The position numbers and the translations under genes were made by a program. Below are positions 24,745 to 37,619 of a stretch of 64,000 bases of DNA, one piece after another. This DNA comes from Octopus sinensis (lineage: Eukaryota), in the NCBI RefSeq assembly GCF_006345805.1, contig NC_043019.1, positions 27,217,360 to 27,281,359 on the forward strand. Reading direction: 5' to 3'. Below the pieces are notes generated by a model that was given only the letters and a program-made list of their open reading frames with translations, had not been told where the DNA came from and ran no database searches. Position 1 is the first letter of the stretch. Every line of letters begins with the position of its first letter.

Positions 24745-25300
24745 TCATCATCATCATCATTTAACGTCCGCTTTCCATGCTAGCATGGGTTAGACGGTTC
24801 AACTGGGGTCTGGGGAGCCCGAAGGCTGCACCAGGCCAGTCAGATCTGGCAGTGTTTCTACAGCTGGATGCCCTTCCTAACGCCAACCACTTTGAGAGTG
24901 TAGTGGGTGATTTTATGTGCCACCGACACAGGTGCCAGACGAGGCTGGCGAACGGCCACGCTCGGATGGTGTTTTTTATGTGCCACCGACACAGGTGCCA
25001 GACGAGGCTGGCAGACGGCCACGCTCGGATGGTGTTTTTATGTGCCACCAACACAGGTGCCAGATGAGGCTGGCGAACGGCCACGATCGGATGGTGTTTG
25101 TTACGTGCCCACAGCACGGAGGCCAGTCGATGCGGTACTGGCTACGGCCACGTTCGGATGGTTTTCTTGTGTGCCACCGGCACTGGTACCACAAAGATAC
25201 AAATTCCATTAATGTTCATCTATTTTGATTTGTTTTGATTTTGATTTTCACTTGTCTCAACAGGTCTTCACAAGTGTCACAAGAAGGATACATAAATATA
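24745..25300 (-). mobile_element. SINE-like family B with 62-63-bp monomers
   Basis: Units at 24917, 24980, 25042 plus diverged upstream units. Confidence 0.85.
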
Positions 25301-25436
25301 TATACATATATACACATACACATAAATATATATATACACATATGCATAAATATATATACACATACACATAAATATATATACATATATACACATACACATA
25401 TACTCTCACAGAAATATATATATATATGTATATATA

Positions 25437-25831
25437 CGAGCAAACCCCCCACCCCCACCCCATCCAATGGATGGTGCTGAGTTGGCAAACATTTAAACCA
25501 AATTTTCTCAAAACAACTTGTCCAACCGTCCCATTTTGTGGCATTATTTCAAGCCAGCCGGCTTTTTTTTACGCAAACTGCACATGCATTTTTCCCATGT
25601 ACGCATAGTATCGATCACAACAGCTGATGTACTTGGTTTACAAATGCACGTTCCCACGGCTTTATCTATCGCATTCTCACCTGGAATCAATTTTTGTAAT
25701 TTTTTCAAGACATATACATGCCCTGATACCTTCGGTATCTACATGTCAAATTTGAGCGCAATCGGATGGAGGATGCCCGAGATCCTAGAAGACACACACA
25801 CATACACACAGAAAGGATTTTATATAATAGA
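25437..25831 (-). mobile_element. Non-autonomous Helitron/Helentron-like element
   Basis: - strand: A|TCTATTATATAAAA start, TG microsatellite, ATCCGATTGCGCTCAAATTTG core, hairpin CATCC-ATT-GGATG, CTCG|T end (non-canonical). Confidence 0.55.
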
Positions 25832-25844
25832 TACATATATACGT

Positions 25845-26460
25845 AGGCGCAGGAGTGGCTGTGTGGTAAGTAGCTTGCTAACCAACCACATGGTATCGGG
25901 TTCAGTCCTACTGCGTGGCATCTTGGGCAAGTGTCTTCTGCTATAGCCTCGGACCGACCAATGCCATGTGAGTGGATTTGGTAGACGGAAACTGAAAGAA
26001 GCCTGTCGTATATATGTATATATATATATATATATGTGTGTGTGTTTGTGTTTGTCCCCCTAGCATTGCTTGACAACCGATGCTGGTGTGTTTACGTCCC
26101 CGTCACTTAGCAGTTCGGCAAAAAAGACTGATAGAATAAGTACTGGGCTTACAAAGAATAATTCCCAGGGTCGATTTGCTCGACTAAAAGGCGGTGCTCC
26201 AGCATGGCCGCAGTCAACTGACTGAAACAAGTAAAAAAAGAGTATGTGTGTGTGTTTGTGTTTGTCCCCCTAGCATTGCTTGACAACCGATGCTGGTGTG
26301 TTTACGTCCCCGTCACTTAGCGGTTCAGCAAAAGAGACTGATAGAATAAGTACTGGGCTTACAAAGAATAATTCCCAGGGTCGATTTGCTCGACTAAAAG
26401 GCGGTGCTCCAGCATGGCCGCAGTCAAACACCTGATACAAGTAAAAGAGTAAAAGAGAGT
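25845..26460 (+). mobile_element. SINE family A with tandem duplication of its 3' half
   Basis: 26033-26242 is repeated at 26243-26460 (period 210). Confidence 0.9.
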
Positions 26461-27256
26461 ATATGTGTTAGATCCTTTTGATTCAAAACTACAACACATA
26501 GTTGATTTTAGTTCCCCTCAATAGGCATGGTATGATTTATAAAAATGTTGTTAGATTCAATAAGATGTTTAATCTTTTCAGTTTTCCTTTTTTATTTTTT
26601 TTTTCTGTTTTCATGTTTGTTAATTCATTAATTTTTCTTTCTTTGTTTTATTAAGGGTTAAACAATTCTTTTAGCTGAGGGAAATAACCAAAAGTACTGA
26701 TATTTTTCATAAAATGGGGGGGGGGTTACCCAATTTTTTAATGGGGGGTGAGATAACCAAAAAGTACCTGTATGTATATGTGTGGTATATGTGTATTTAT
26801 ATGTATGTATATGTGAGTGTATATATGTGTGTGTGTGTGTGTATATACATATTATACATATATGCATGTATGTATATATATATTATACATTATTGTATGT
26901 ATGTATAGGCATACACATATGCACAGTTATATGTTCATATATATATATATATATACACACACACTCATATCTATACACAAACATATACGTGCATATGTAT
27001 ATATGTTTATGTATAAATAAATGTATGTTTATATATTATATCTGTGTGTATTAAGAGAGAAGTAGAAAGAGATATGTCCAACCCATGCCTTTGTGTAACA
27101 TGGACATTAAATCATGTTATTTACACATGTAAGTTGATCTAAGAACAAATTTGGTCTCTCTTGCATATTCTAGAAATTCATTAAAAAATATAACCTAAAT
27201 TGTAATTATTCTAAAATTATTCTTCCCTTATCTTTTTTTAATAAAAGAATTGTCCT

Positions 27257-28054
27257 TTAACCTTTTCATTACGAACCCGACAGAAACTGGCTCTGGCTCT
27301 GAGTACAAATGTCTTGTTTTCATAAGTTTTGAATTAAAATCTTCCACCAAACCTTAGTCACAATTTATGTTCCTAACACTAGCTTAAGGATAACTAAGTT
27401 TTTTTACTAAATTCTTTGTTAAATTCAAAATTAATAGAAAGAAACACAGAACATCTCTACAGAAATATGGTAACAAAAGGGTTAAAAGCACTCATGTTGG
27501 TGCCATATTAATCCTTTCAATACCAGCCCAGCTGAAACCACCTCTGGCTATGTAGTGCAAATGTTTTGTTTTCAAAAGTTCTGAATTAAAATCTTCCACC
27601 AAACCTTAGTCACAATTTATGTTCCTAACACTAGCTGAATGATAACTAAGTTCTTTTACTAAATTCTTTCTTATATTTAAAATAATTGAAAGAAACACAG
27701 CGCATCTCAACAGAAATATGGTAACAAAAGGATTAAAGATATTCAGTCAAATGTGTTTTCAATTTCTACAAGAGTTGACTGCTATTTCTAACAAGTCCAA
27801 ACAACTGTGTGAAACAAAATCTGCAAATTAACCCTTTTGATACCAACCCACCTGAAACCACCTCTGGCTCTGAGTACAAATGTTTTGTTTTCCAAAGTTC
27901 TGAATTAAAATCTTCCACCAAACCTTATTCACAATTTATGTTCCTAACACTAGCTGAATGATAACTAAGTTCTTTTACTAGATACTTTGTTATATTTAAA
28001 ATAATTGAAAGAAACACAGAGCATCTCAAAATAAATACACTAACGAAAGGGTAA
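27257..28054. mobile_element. Three adjacent copies of a second piggyBac-like MITE (about 228 bp)
   Basis: Copies 27257-27485, 27508-27736, 27828-28054; TTAA-C(C)CTTT ... AAAGG(G/A)-TTAA, third copy ends GTAA. Related fragment at 63855-64000. Confidence 0.8.
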
Positions 28055-28977
28055 AATAATAAACAGACCAGTTTATAGAAGCTAAGTAATCTATAACGTT
28101 ATTGCTGTTAATTAACAAAGAAACTAATAAGTATTTTGTAATCAATATATGTTCATGCGATATTTGTAAGCAACTATAGAAGGCTGCAAAGACTAATAGT
28201 GGGGTGGGGGTGGGAGTGCTGATAAAATGATGCATCTAGTTTGTAACCATGGTGATTCAGCTTTTGTCATCGTGATATGTTGTACTGCAACATAAAAATC
28301 TGAAAATGTACGGACCTGGACCCACCAAGGCAAACGGTGGCCCATGGGGCTTTGTGAATGGCACACCTTTAAAAAAAATTACCTTGAATTTGTTTTGTTT
28401 GTTTTTTTTTTCTTTGTTTAGTAGTGACGTTTGGTTGATAATGAGCTAAATCTTATGTGACCTGCTTCTCAAAAAAAAATAGGTTATCTATGTCTGGCAT
28501 TGGCCCCTAATTTCAGGTGTGTGGAGAAATTGCTGGGAGAGATTTGGTTGTTAGACAGAGCAGGTCATACTTTACATAGCTATCAGGACAATTTTGACAT
28601 TGTGTGTGTGTGTATGTGTGTGTGCGCGCGAGTGAGTGGGTGTGTGTGTTTATATATGTGTGTGTGTTTTTAGATAGGAGTGAGCATGTCTATTAATGTG
28701 TGTGTGTGTGTGTGTAGATGTGAGTGAACATGTCTATTAATGCTTGTGTATATGTGAATACATGCATTTGTGTATGTGTGTTGATGGGTTTTAAGTGTGT
28801 CATAGTCACAATGAATAAGTACTTTAGTACGCGTGTGTGTATATATATGCACATGTGTGTGTGCGTGCGTGTATGTATGTATATATATGCAAGTTTGCTT
28901 GCATGTGTAAAGTATGTGTGTGTGCATATTTGTGCATGTGGATATATGTATGCATGCATGTATATTTATACACTTCC

Positions 28978-29012
<35 letters not shown>

Positions 29013-29407
29013 ATATATATATGTACGTGTGTGTGTGTGTATGACTACGTAGGTATGTATATGTGTATGCTTGCATGTGTGTATGTGTACATGTGTAGTA
29101 TACCTGACAATTACAGATTAAGAAAAAGCAACCACTGAGCTGTAATAACAGTTTTGTGTGTGAGTGTGTGTGTCATAGGTCAGACAATGAATTAAGCCAC
29201 CCTCCATTCACACAGGTAAAGCTTCTTAAGTCGTTAACTCAATTGGATTCAATTGTTTCACTTTACTAAAGTAATTGATGTCATTTATTTAGATTCAATT
29301 ATACAGTTATAGTCACCGATTACACACACCAGTCACAATCTACATACACAGGTGCACATACACATCCATCCTTATGCGTACACGTGCACACACACACACA
29401 CACACAT

Positions 29408-29800
29408 ATAAGAGTGGCTGTGTGGTAAGTAGCTTGCTTACCAACCACATGGTTCCAGGTTCTCGTCTCACTGTGCGGCACCTTGGGCAAGTATCTTCTG
29501 CTATAGCCTCGGGCTGACCAAAGCCTTGTGAGTGGATTTGATAGATGGAAACTGAAAGAAGCCTGTCATGTGTGTTTGTGTATATATGTGTGTGTGTGTT
29601 TGTGTATCTGTGTTTGTTCCCCACCACCATTGCTTGACAAGCGACATTAGCGTGTTTACATTCCTGTCACATAGTGGTTCAGCAAAAGAGACCAATAGAA
29701 TAAGTACTAGGCTTACAAAGAAAAGGTCCTGGTGTCAATTTGTTCGACTAAAGGCAGTGCTCCAGCATGGCTACAGTCAAATGACTGAAACAAATACACA
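29408..29800 (+). mobile_element. SINE family A
   Basis: Family match. Confidence 0.82.
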
Positions 29801-29869
29801 AATAAAAGAACATATACACATACGAGTGAATGATCAAATGAAAGAAAAAGGCACTCAATACATGTGTTT

Positions 29870-30096
29870 ATTTAAAGCAGTTTGATTTGGTTTCAGGCTA
29901 TATCAAGTTTTGCAGTCCTCCAATGAGAGCCCAACTCCTTCAAGCTTCTGGAATGCCAAATGGAGAGATCCATGAAGCCACTTTGGACTTCTGGGATGTC
30001 TCCCATTTGGTATTCCAAAAACCTGAAGGAGTTGGGCTCCCATAAGGGGTCTGTGAAACTTGAAGTAGCACAGAACTGAATCAAACTGTTTTAAAT
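29870..30096. mobile_element. Fold-back (palindromic) MITE-like element
   Basis: Terminal IR ATTTAAAGCAGTTTGATT / AATCAAACTGTTTTAAAT plus internal arms from 29927 to 30039. Confidence 0.72.
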
Positions 30097-30113
30097 AATA
30101 TATATATATATAT

Positions 30114-30164
<51 letters not shown>

Positions 30165-30488
30165 GTATGTAGAGATAGATATATAGAAAGCTATATAAAT
30201 ATATATATATACATATCTGGTTGTCCATTTTTATAATGTTCTTCCTAGAGGTAAGACAACTACACAGATCAGATGATATGTTTATGGTGATCAAATGTTT
30301 GTTTTCACATAAGCTCACCCCTTCCATCAAATCGATGTTACTGGTACAGGTGCACCATGTGTCAGATGACAAAATGACTGCAGAGCAACATGAAACTAAG
30401 TGCTTTGCTCAAGAACACTATGCAATTCCCAGTCTGAGAATTGAAACCATGACCTCACAATCTTGAGTGCAACACATTAACCACTAAG

Positions 30489-30521
<33 letters not shown>

Positions 30522-30544
30522 GACATACACACACTCTTCCCTCA

Positions 30545-30745
30545 TATGCAAACATCTTTTTTACTCTAGGCACAAGGCCTGAAATTTTGGAGGTGGGGGT
30601 CAGTCGATTAGTTCGACCTCTGTTGAAAGGATGAAAGGCAAAGTTGACCTCAGTGGAATTTGAACTCAGAACATAAAGACGGATGAAAAAAATCACTAAG
30701 CATTTTGCCCAGCATGCTAATGATTCTGCCGGTTCACTGCCTTAC
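30545..30745 (-). mobile_element. SINE family C variant
   Basis: Family match. Confidence 0.72.
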
Positions 30746-31136
30746 ATACAAATATATAACAAGCAAAAGATATGAGAACCAGAGAGAATCCAGTCCAAAG
30801 CTACTGAGTATAATTATCAAATAGTTGGATTATCCTCCATTCTTTAACAATTAATGATTTCTCCATAATCCATTCTTATGATAATACCTTCATGAGATTT
30901 GATCTCAGAACATAAAAGCACATTGCCTGATTAACTTATTTGCACCTTCCTAAAAATATAAGATTTAAAGAAAGCAAGCCTTGTACCACTTTATATGAAA
31001 CGAGATGAGTTGGTGAGTCATTTGTGCTGACAGGTCATTTAAGAGATTAACTAATTAAGAGACACACATTTGCAAGAAAAAACAAATAATTATTAATCTC
31101 CAATATTTGATCCTCAGAAAAGGAAAGGTTACCCTC

Positions 31137-31517
31137 TTTTACTCTTTTACTTGTTTCAGTCATTTGACTGTGGCCATGCTGGAGCACCGCCTTTAGTCGA
31201 GCAAATCTACCCCAGGACTTATTCTTTGTAAGCCTAGTACTTATTCTATCGGTCTCTTTTGCCGAACTGCTAAGTTACAGGGACGTAAACACACGAGCAT
31301 CAGTTGTCAAGCGATGTTAGGGAAGACAAACATATACATGCACACACACACACACATATATATGACAGGCTTCTTTCAGTTTCCGTCTACCAAATCTACT
31401 CACAAGTCTTTGGTCGGCCGGAGGCTATAGAAGACACTTGCCCAAGGTGCCATGCAGTGGGACTGAACCCAGAACCATGTGGTTGGTAAGCAAACTACTT
31501 ACCACACAACCACTCCT
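31137..31517 (-). mobile_element. SINE family A
   Basis: Family match. Confidence 0.85.
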
Positions 31518-31599
31518 AAACATAAAACAAAACAAAAAAAGTCAAACTTGCAAGCTTCAGTTTGGTTTTTGTGCATATCCTTACCTGTGGCCATGAATA

Positions 31600-31830
31600 G
31601 TTGATTAATGACTGAAAGAGAATGATCATGAATACAAGCAGCCGAAATGGGGATCCTTTGAAGGACATCTGGTGTAATGTTACTTGACTGGGTGCATAGC
31701 TTGGACATCAGGGTGTCTCTCCAGATTGAGCTATTACTTCTCTGCATTGGGATGCCACTGTTCCGGTACTACGGACATGGGATTAGAATGTCTTGGTGTC
31801 TTAGGGAGATTTCAAACCTGGGTTCTCATT
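31600..31830 (+). mobile_element. RTE-like LINE relic
   Basis: IWCNVT...SLDIR...FRYYGHGIRM resembles RTE WMCNV...LRWYGHVxRM. Confidence 0.5.
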
Positions 31831-32444
31831 CCTAAGGTATTTTTCGATGTTGTTGTAGTTGTAGTTGTTGTTATTATTATTATTATTAATAATAAATATA
31901 TATAAATATGGTGGTGGTGGTGGTGGCACAGCTGATACTGGTGGGGGGGCTGATGATGGTAGTGGTGGTGGAGGTGGCAGCAGTGGAAAGGGTAGTGTTA
32001 GGGTGGGAAGTGTCACCAAAAGGTAAACCACATGGAAAAACTGTTTATTGATGTTTCACATTTTTCTTCTTGTTCGATGTTTCCTTTTATTCTCAACCCC
32101 ACACACCTTACACACACTTCGCACACACATTCACACACGCTTCACACCTTTGTTCCTTTGAAATGTTGTTAAAGGCTTTCAATTAGAAAAAAATGCTTGG
32201 GTTATATAACTTGGTGAACAGGGAAGAAAGGTGTCTTAGCATGGTTGGTGTGCATGTTGTTGTTGCTGTGTATGCATGAGTATGTTTATATACATGAGCC
32301 TGTGTACATGTGTGTGTGTGAGAGAGAGAGCGAAAACTATTAAATGGGAGCAGTTTGACTCAATATGTCTGATTAACTGATCATGTTTCTTCATGGCCAT
32401 GGAACTTTAAGTAACACGAGGAAACGGGTTAATGAAAATCTATC

Positions 32445-32865
32445 ATCATCATCATCATTTAACGTCTGTTTTCCATGCTGGCATGGGTTGGACGGTTTGA
32501 CTGAGGACTAGCAAGCCAGGAGGCTGCACCAGGCTCCAATCTTGATCTGGCAAGGTTTTGTAGAGCTGGATGCCCTTCTTGACACCAACCACTCTGAGAG
32601 TGTAGTGGGTGCTTTTTACATGCCACCGGTACAGGAGCCGATGAGGGAGCACTGGCATCAGCCACATTTGGATGGTGCTTTTTATGTACCATCAGCACAG
32701 GGCCAGTCAGACAGCCCTGGCATTGTCCACATTCGGATGGTGCTTTTTACGTGGCACTGGCACAGGAGCCAGTCAGGTGGCCCTGGCATCAATCACATTC
32801 AGATAGTGCTTTTCATGTGCCACCGCACAGGAGCCAGTCAGGAGGTACTGGCATCTAACCCATTT
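32445..32865 (-). mobile_element. SINE-like family B with diverged monomers
   Basis: Family match. Confidence 0.82.
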
Positions 32866-33039
32866 TGTCGTCATACTAATGAGTAGTGTCCACACAGATA
32901 AAACAGTCTAATGAGAGGTGTCTATTTACTTTTGAAATGTGTGTATGCATGCATATTGATGCATACAAGAACGTAAGAGAAGTCCGGTTAGAAAGGTGGG
33001 GGTGGTTAAGAAAGAAGGAAATTATATAAAGAGTATTAT

Positions 33040-33815
33040 AGGTGCAGGAGTGGCTGTGTGGTAAGCAGCTTGTTTACCAACCACATATTTCCGGGTTCAG
33101 TCCCACTGCGTGGCACCTTGGGCATGTGCCTTCTACTATAGCCTCGGGCCGACCAAAGTCTTGTGAGTGAATTTGGTAGACGGAAACTGATAGAAGCCCG
33201 TCATATATATGTATATTTATATATGCGTGTGTGTGTTTGTCCCCCTAGCATTGCTTGACAACCGATGCTGGTGTGTTTATGTCTCCGTTACTTAGCGGTT
33301 CAGCAAAAGAGACCGATAGAATAAGTACTGGGCTTACAAAGAATAAGTCCTGGGGTCGAGTTACTCGATTAAAGGCAGTGCTCCAGCATGGCAGCAGTCA
33401 GATGACTGAAACAAGTAAAAGAGTAAGTAATTTTGATAGTTGGATGTGTGGTAAGAAGCTTGCTTCCCAACCACATGGTTCCGGGTTCAGCCCCACTGTG
33501 AAATACCTTCAACAAGTGTCTTCTACTATAGCCTTGTGTCTATCAAAGCCTTGTGAGTGGATTTGGTAAATGGAAACTGAAAGAAGCCCATCATGTGTGT
33601 GTGTGTGTGTCGGTGTTTGTCCAACCCCTACTGCTTCACGTGAGGTGTTGGTGTATTTGCTTTGCTGTAACTTAGCAGTTCAGCAAAGTAACCAAGAAAA
33701 TAAGTGCCAGGATTTTTTTTTTTTAAATGTGTCCGGGGGTTGATTCATTCGACTAAAATTCTTTTAGATGGTGCTCCAGCATGGCTGCAGCCTAATGTCT
33801 GCAACAAGTAAAAGA
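33040..33815 (+). mobile_element. Two adjacent SINE family A copies (younger 33040-33425, older 33440-33815)
   Basis: Family match with different divergence. Confidence 0.85.
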
Positions 33816-33871
33816 TAAAACATATATATATACAATTTATGCATGTATGTGTTCATATATATATATATATA

Positions 33872-34214
33872 AAGGGTAAAGACCCCCTTCGGTCATGAGT
33901 GACCATGGGTTTGCACCTAGAGAGTTACCCTCTGAGGCACAAGTCCGGGCAAGGTTGTTTATGGAAGACCAGCAGTCGCCCATTCATACCAGCCTCCCCT
34001 CTCCACGTCACCAGTGTTATCCAAGGGAAAGACAAAGGTCGATACAGCTTGGCACCTGTGACGTCGCAACTCATTTCTACAGCTGAGTGAACTGGAGCAA
34101 CGTGAAATAAAGTGTCTTGCTCAAGAACACAACACGCAGCCCGGTCCGGGATTCGAGCTCACAACCTCACGATCGTAAGCTCGACGCTCTAACCACTGAG
34201 CCATGCGCCTTCTT

Positions 34215-34215
<1 letters not shown>
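33872..34215 (-). mobile_element. SINE family D
   Basis: Family match with intact A and B boxes. Confidence 0.88.
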
Positions 34216-34268
<53 letters not shown>

Positions 34269-34689
34269 ACTAAAAAACAAACATGGAGGAAAGGGACGGA
34301 ACGAAGTGAAAATTCGAAAAATCGAAAAATTCAAACAAACCCGACGCGAAGCGCTGTCAGACAATAGTGTAATAAATAAAATATATGCATACATACAAAC
34401 ATATATGTACGTACCGACATCTACATGTATATATACATGCATATATAAATATATATACGTACAGGACACCACAAAAAGACGTAAAAATCAACAGAAACGA
34501 AAACGGAAAAGCCATTTTGTTACAACAGAAGGACAGAGACGTGGAAGAGGACGAAAACGAAAACGGGAAAAACATTATGTACAGCAGAAAAACGAGGTAC
34601 AGGACATGCTACACAAGGAAAAATCCCCTTCATCAGCTGTCACTAGCAGACATAGTGTGTTTCGAAGGCAATATATATATAGGTTATGA

Positions 34690-35006
34690 GAGGTAATGGT
34701 GTCGTTGAGAGCCAAAGGTTCAGGTAATGCTGAATAAGTGCTATAGATGGACTGCAGTTAAGTTCCAGATTTGATTATGCGAATAAGAGGTTCAACATTG
34801 GTCATATGTCAACGTGTGTATATAAAAATTTTATTTTGTAAAGAGATAAAAAACCAAGGCTTTGTAGATTTTAGAACAATAATAGATAGGTCTTACAGCT
34901 GTTTCCAGGATATTTATTATCTCCCTTCATCGGACATGAGAGGATGTTCTGAAATCTACACAGCCTTGGTTTTTTATCTCATTATGAAATAAAATTTATA
35001 TATATA
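34690..35006. mobile_element. Probable Penelope-like terminal repeat with inverted arms
   Basis: About 62-bp inverted arms (34817-34878, 34945-35006) flank a hammerhead-like motif; similar to 930-1135. Confidence 0.5.
34891..34936 (-). ncRNA. Hammerhead-like motif, CCGAUGA core variant
   Basis: - strand: CCGATGA AGGGAGATA ATAAA TATCCTG GAAA CAGCT GTA AGA; stem I is weak in this copy. Confidence 0.42.
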
Positions 35007-35394
35007 CAAATATAAAAATGGGACAAAAATGCATTAGAGAACAGATAGACACTACAAAGGCGGACAAGAAAGAAACAACAATTAGAAGGATAGGCAAAAA
35101 AAATAGACATGTCATTCAGGGCTTTCTTTCCTCAGTCAAGTTCCAGAAGTCATAACCATTTTAGGCAGTTACACTTAAGATGGTTCGATCTGGTTGCTCC
35201 CAAAAAAGTCTAAGCTAAGAGCATTAGATCCCTTTGTAAGAAAGCTAGTGAATGTGTACGACAGCAAAGACAAAAAAACGGAGAACATGGTACACAATTA
35301 CGAATACAAACAACAAGAAACAACAACAGGTGTCTTTCGACTGAGAACGAATCAAATTGAGCTGGCGGGTATTAAGTGAAAGCCTAACACACGC

Positions 35395-35905
35395 ACATTA
35401 GGAAGGGCATCTAGCTGTAGAAACTGTGCCAGATCAGATTAGAGCCTGGTGCAGCCTTCTGGCTTGCCAGTCCTCAGTTAAACCGTCCAACCCATGCCAG
35501 CATGGAAAGCAGATGTTAAACGATGATAATGTATGTATGATTCAGTAAAATCCCTGTCTTCCACTCTTACAGGCTTGTTCTTTCAGGTGCCAGTGCCACT
35601 TAAAGAGCAGCTGTGCCAATGCTGTGTTAATGCATGCGTGCCACTGCTGTGTTAATGCATGCGTTCCACTGCCGTGTTAATGCACACTCATGCTGGTGCA
35701 GTATTAATGCACCCTTGTCAGTGGCATGTGGAAGGTACCCAGCGCACTCTGCTAAGTGGATGGCATTAGGAAAGGCATCCAGCTGTTGAAATCATGCTAC
35801 AACAGACAGTTGAAGTCTGGACAACTCCCTGCTAGCCACCTCGATGTCAAACCGTCCAACCCATGCCAGCATGGAAAGCAAATGTCAAACAACAACGATG
35901 ATAAT
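35395..35905 (+). mobile_element. Two family B copies, the second with about 24-bp tandem units
   Basis: CCACTGC(T/C)GTGTTAATGCATGCGT repeats at about 35615-35710. Confidence 0.72.
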
Positions 35906-35908
35906 TAT

Positions 35909-35950
<42 letters not shown>

Positions 35951-36411
35951 ATGAATTTACTAAGAGGAAACGAACTCTATGTATGTATGTATGTGTGTGT
36001 GTGTGTGTGTGTATGTATGTGTATATATATATATTATATATATATATATATTATATATATATATATAATGCAGTTTATATATTTATTCATAGTTGAGACT
36101 TCCTTCAGTTGCTACTCAGAACTTAGCATTTCTGCTTTTCCCCCTGTTAGGTTGTGAGAGAGAAAGAGAGAGAGAGATAGAGACACACACACACACGCAC
36201 ATGTACACACATGAAAGAAAATAGGAGAAACATTGAAGGTATGGAGATGGGTGCTTTGATGTGTGATTCATAAGGAAGGTCAGTGTGTCCAGTAAAATAG
36301 ATTTAGCCAAGTTCCTTTAACTGTCCATGAGTCTCTCGACTTTGTTTGACCTCCAAAAGATCGATGTTATTTCTTTTAAAAAGGTGGCCTTCAGACTGTT
36401 GCTTTATCTTA

Positions 36412-36795
36412 TCTCTCTATATATAAACGGCAGTTTGTCTGTGCGTGTTTCTGTGTGTCTGTTTGCTTGTACCCTCACCCTGACCACGGCTTTCAACCGA
36501 TTCTGATGAAACTTGACACACACATAGCCCAATGTCATAATTCAAAACTAACGCAGCGAAAATTTTGAAAAGTTCCCCCAGTTCTGAAAAAAATCGATAA
36601 ATTCGACATGGGGTCGAGAATTAGAAACACAAACCGCAAACTGTCTAGGGGACGCAACTCCACCTTTTTTAAATCTCAAAAAAAATTTACCATCATTTTT
36701 TTCCATCTTTTTGCTATTTTTTGGCTATAACTCTCTAAAAATGCTTTATAGTTATTTCCCTTACAAACCTGAGCAACGCCGGGCGATACTGCTAG
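36412..36795 (+). mobile_element. Non-autonomous Helitron-like element
   Basis: A|TC start; subterminal hairpin CCTGAGCAACGCCGGG (36768-83); CTAG|T end; internal TCTG/TGTG microsatellite. Confidence 0.7.
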
Positions 36796-36825
36796 TTCAT
36801 ATATAACTATGCTATCTATCTCTCT

Positions 36826-36835
36826 CTCTGTATAT

Positions 36836-36884
<49 letters not shown>

Positions 36885-37255
36885 ATGTTGTGTGTGTGTA
36901 TGTGTGTGTGTATATTTGTGTGTGTGTGTGTGTGTATACATTTGTGTCTGTGTGTGTATGTGTATATATGTTTGTGTATGTATGTATATATATATATTTG
37001 TATGTGTGTGTGTATGTATGTATATATATATATTTGTATGTGTGTGTGTATGTATATATATATATATTTGTATGTGTGTGTGTGTGTGTATATATATTTG
37101 TGTCTGTATGTATATATGTGTGTGTATATGTGTGTCTGTATATATATATTTGTGTCTATGTGTGTGTATGTATATATATATATATATATATACACATACA
37201 TACATATATATATATACATATATATACACTTGTGTGTGTGTATAAGTATGTCTGT
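36826..37255. repeat. Compound (TA)n/(TG)n/(TATG)n microsatellite
   Basis: Direct inspection. Similar tracts at 26770-27055, 28590-29170, 47610-48000, 48140-48410. Confidence 0.95.
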
Positions 37256-37619
37256 ATGAATGTATAATATTATGCAACCAAGGTTACAGAGAACCATAGT
37301 GGGTAACTTAGGTAATATTATATTATTTTATTGCTGTAGAACTGGCCCTGCCAAAGAGAGCAGCCATAAAGCGCAATTCATATGGCAGACGATTGCAATA
37401 TACTCTGCGTCATGCAGGGATAAGGAAGTTACCTGAGGAGGGTCCATAAATCATAGAAAACAGCAAACTCCATATAAGGCAACAGGACAGGCAGAGACTT
37501 AATTATATAATATACCTGCTGTAATTTCGAGTTTATCAAAGGTGTGCTTTTTCTTAACTTTCATAACCTTCTTCAGACAACCAAAACACACACACACACA
37601 CACACATAAATATATATGA

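Noticed and set aside
31499-31747. - strand ORF with a GTAAG donor
   Set aside because: In-frame stop just upstream; the + strand reads as an RTE relic.
31801-32031. Proline-rich ORF and G-quadruplex-like tract
   Set aside because: (GGT)n and (TTA)n simple repeats explain it.
34600-34640. Other CTGANGA hits (34630 -, 35129 -, 37568 -, 58601 -, 6119 +, 16741 -)
   Set aside because: Each lacks a properly placed GAAA, stem II or stem I.
36812-37297. Long ORFs rich in Y/I/H/T/C/V here and throughout the ORF track
   Set aside because: Translations of TA/TG microsatellites and SINE bodies.
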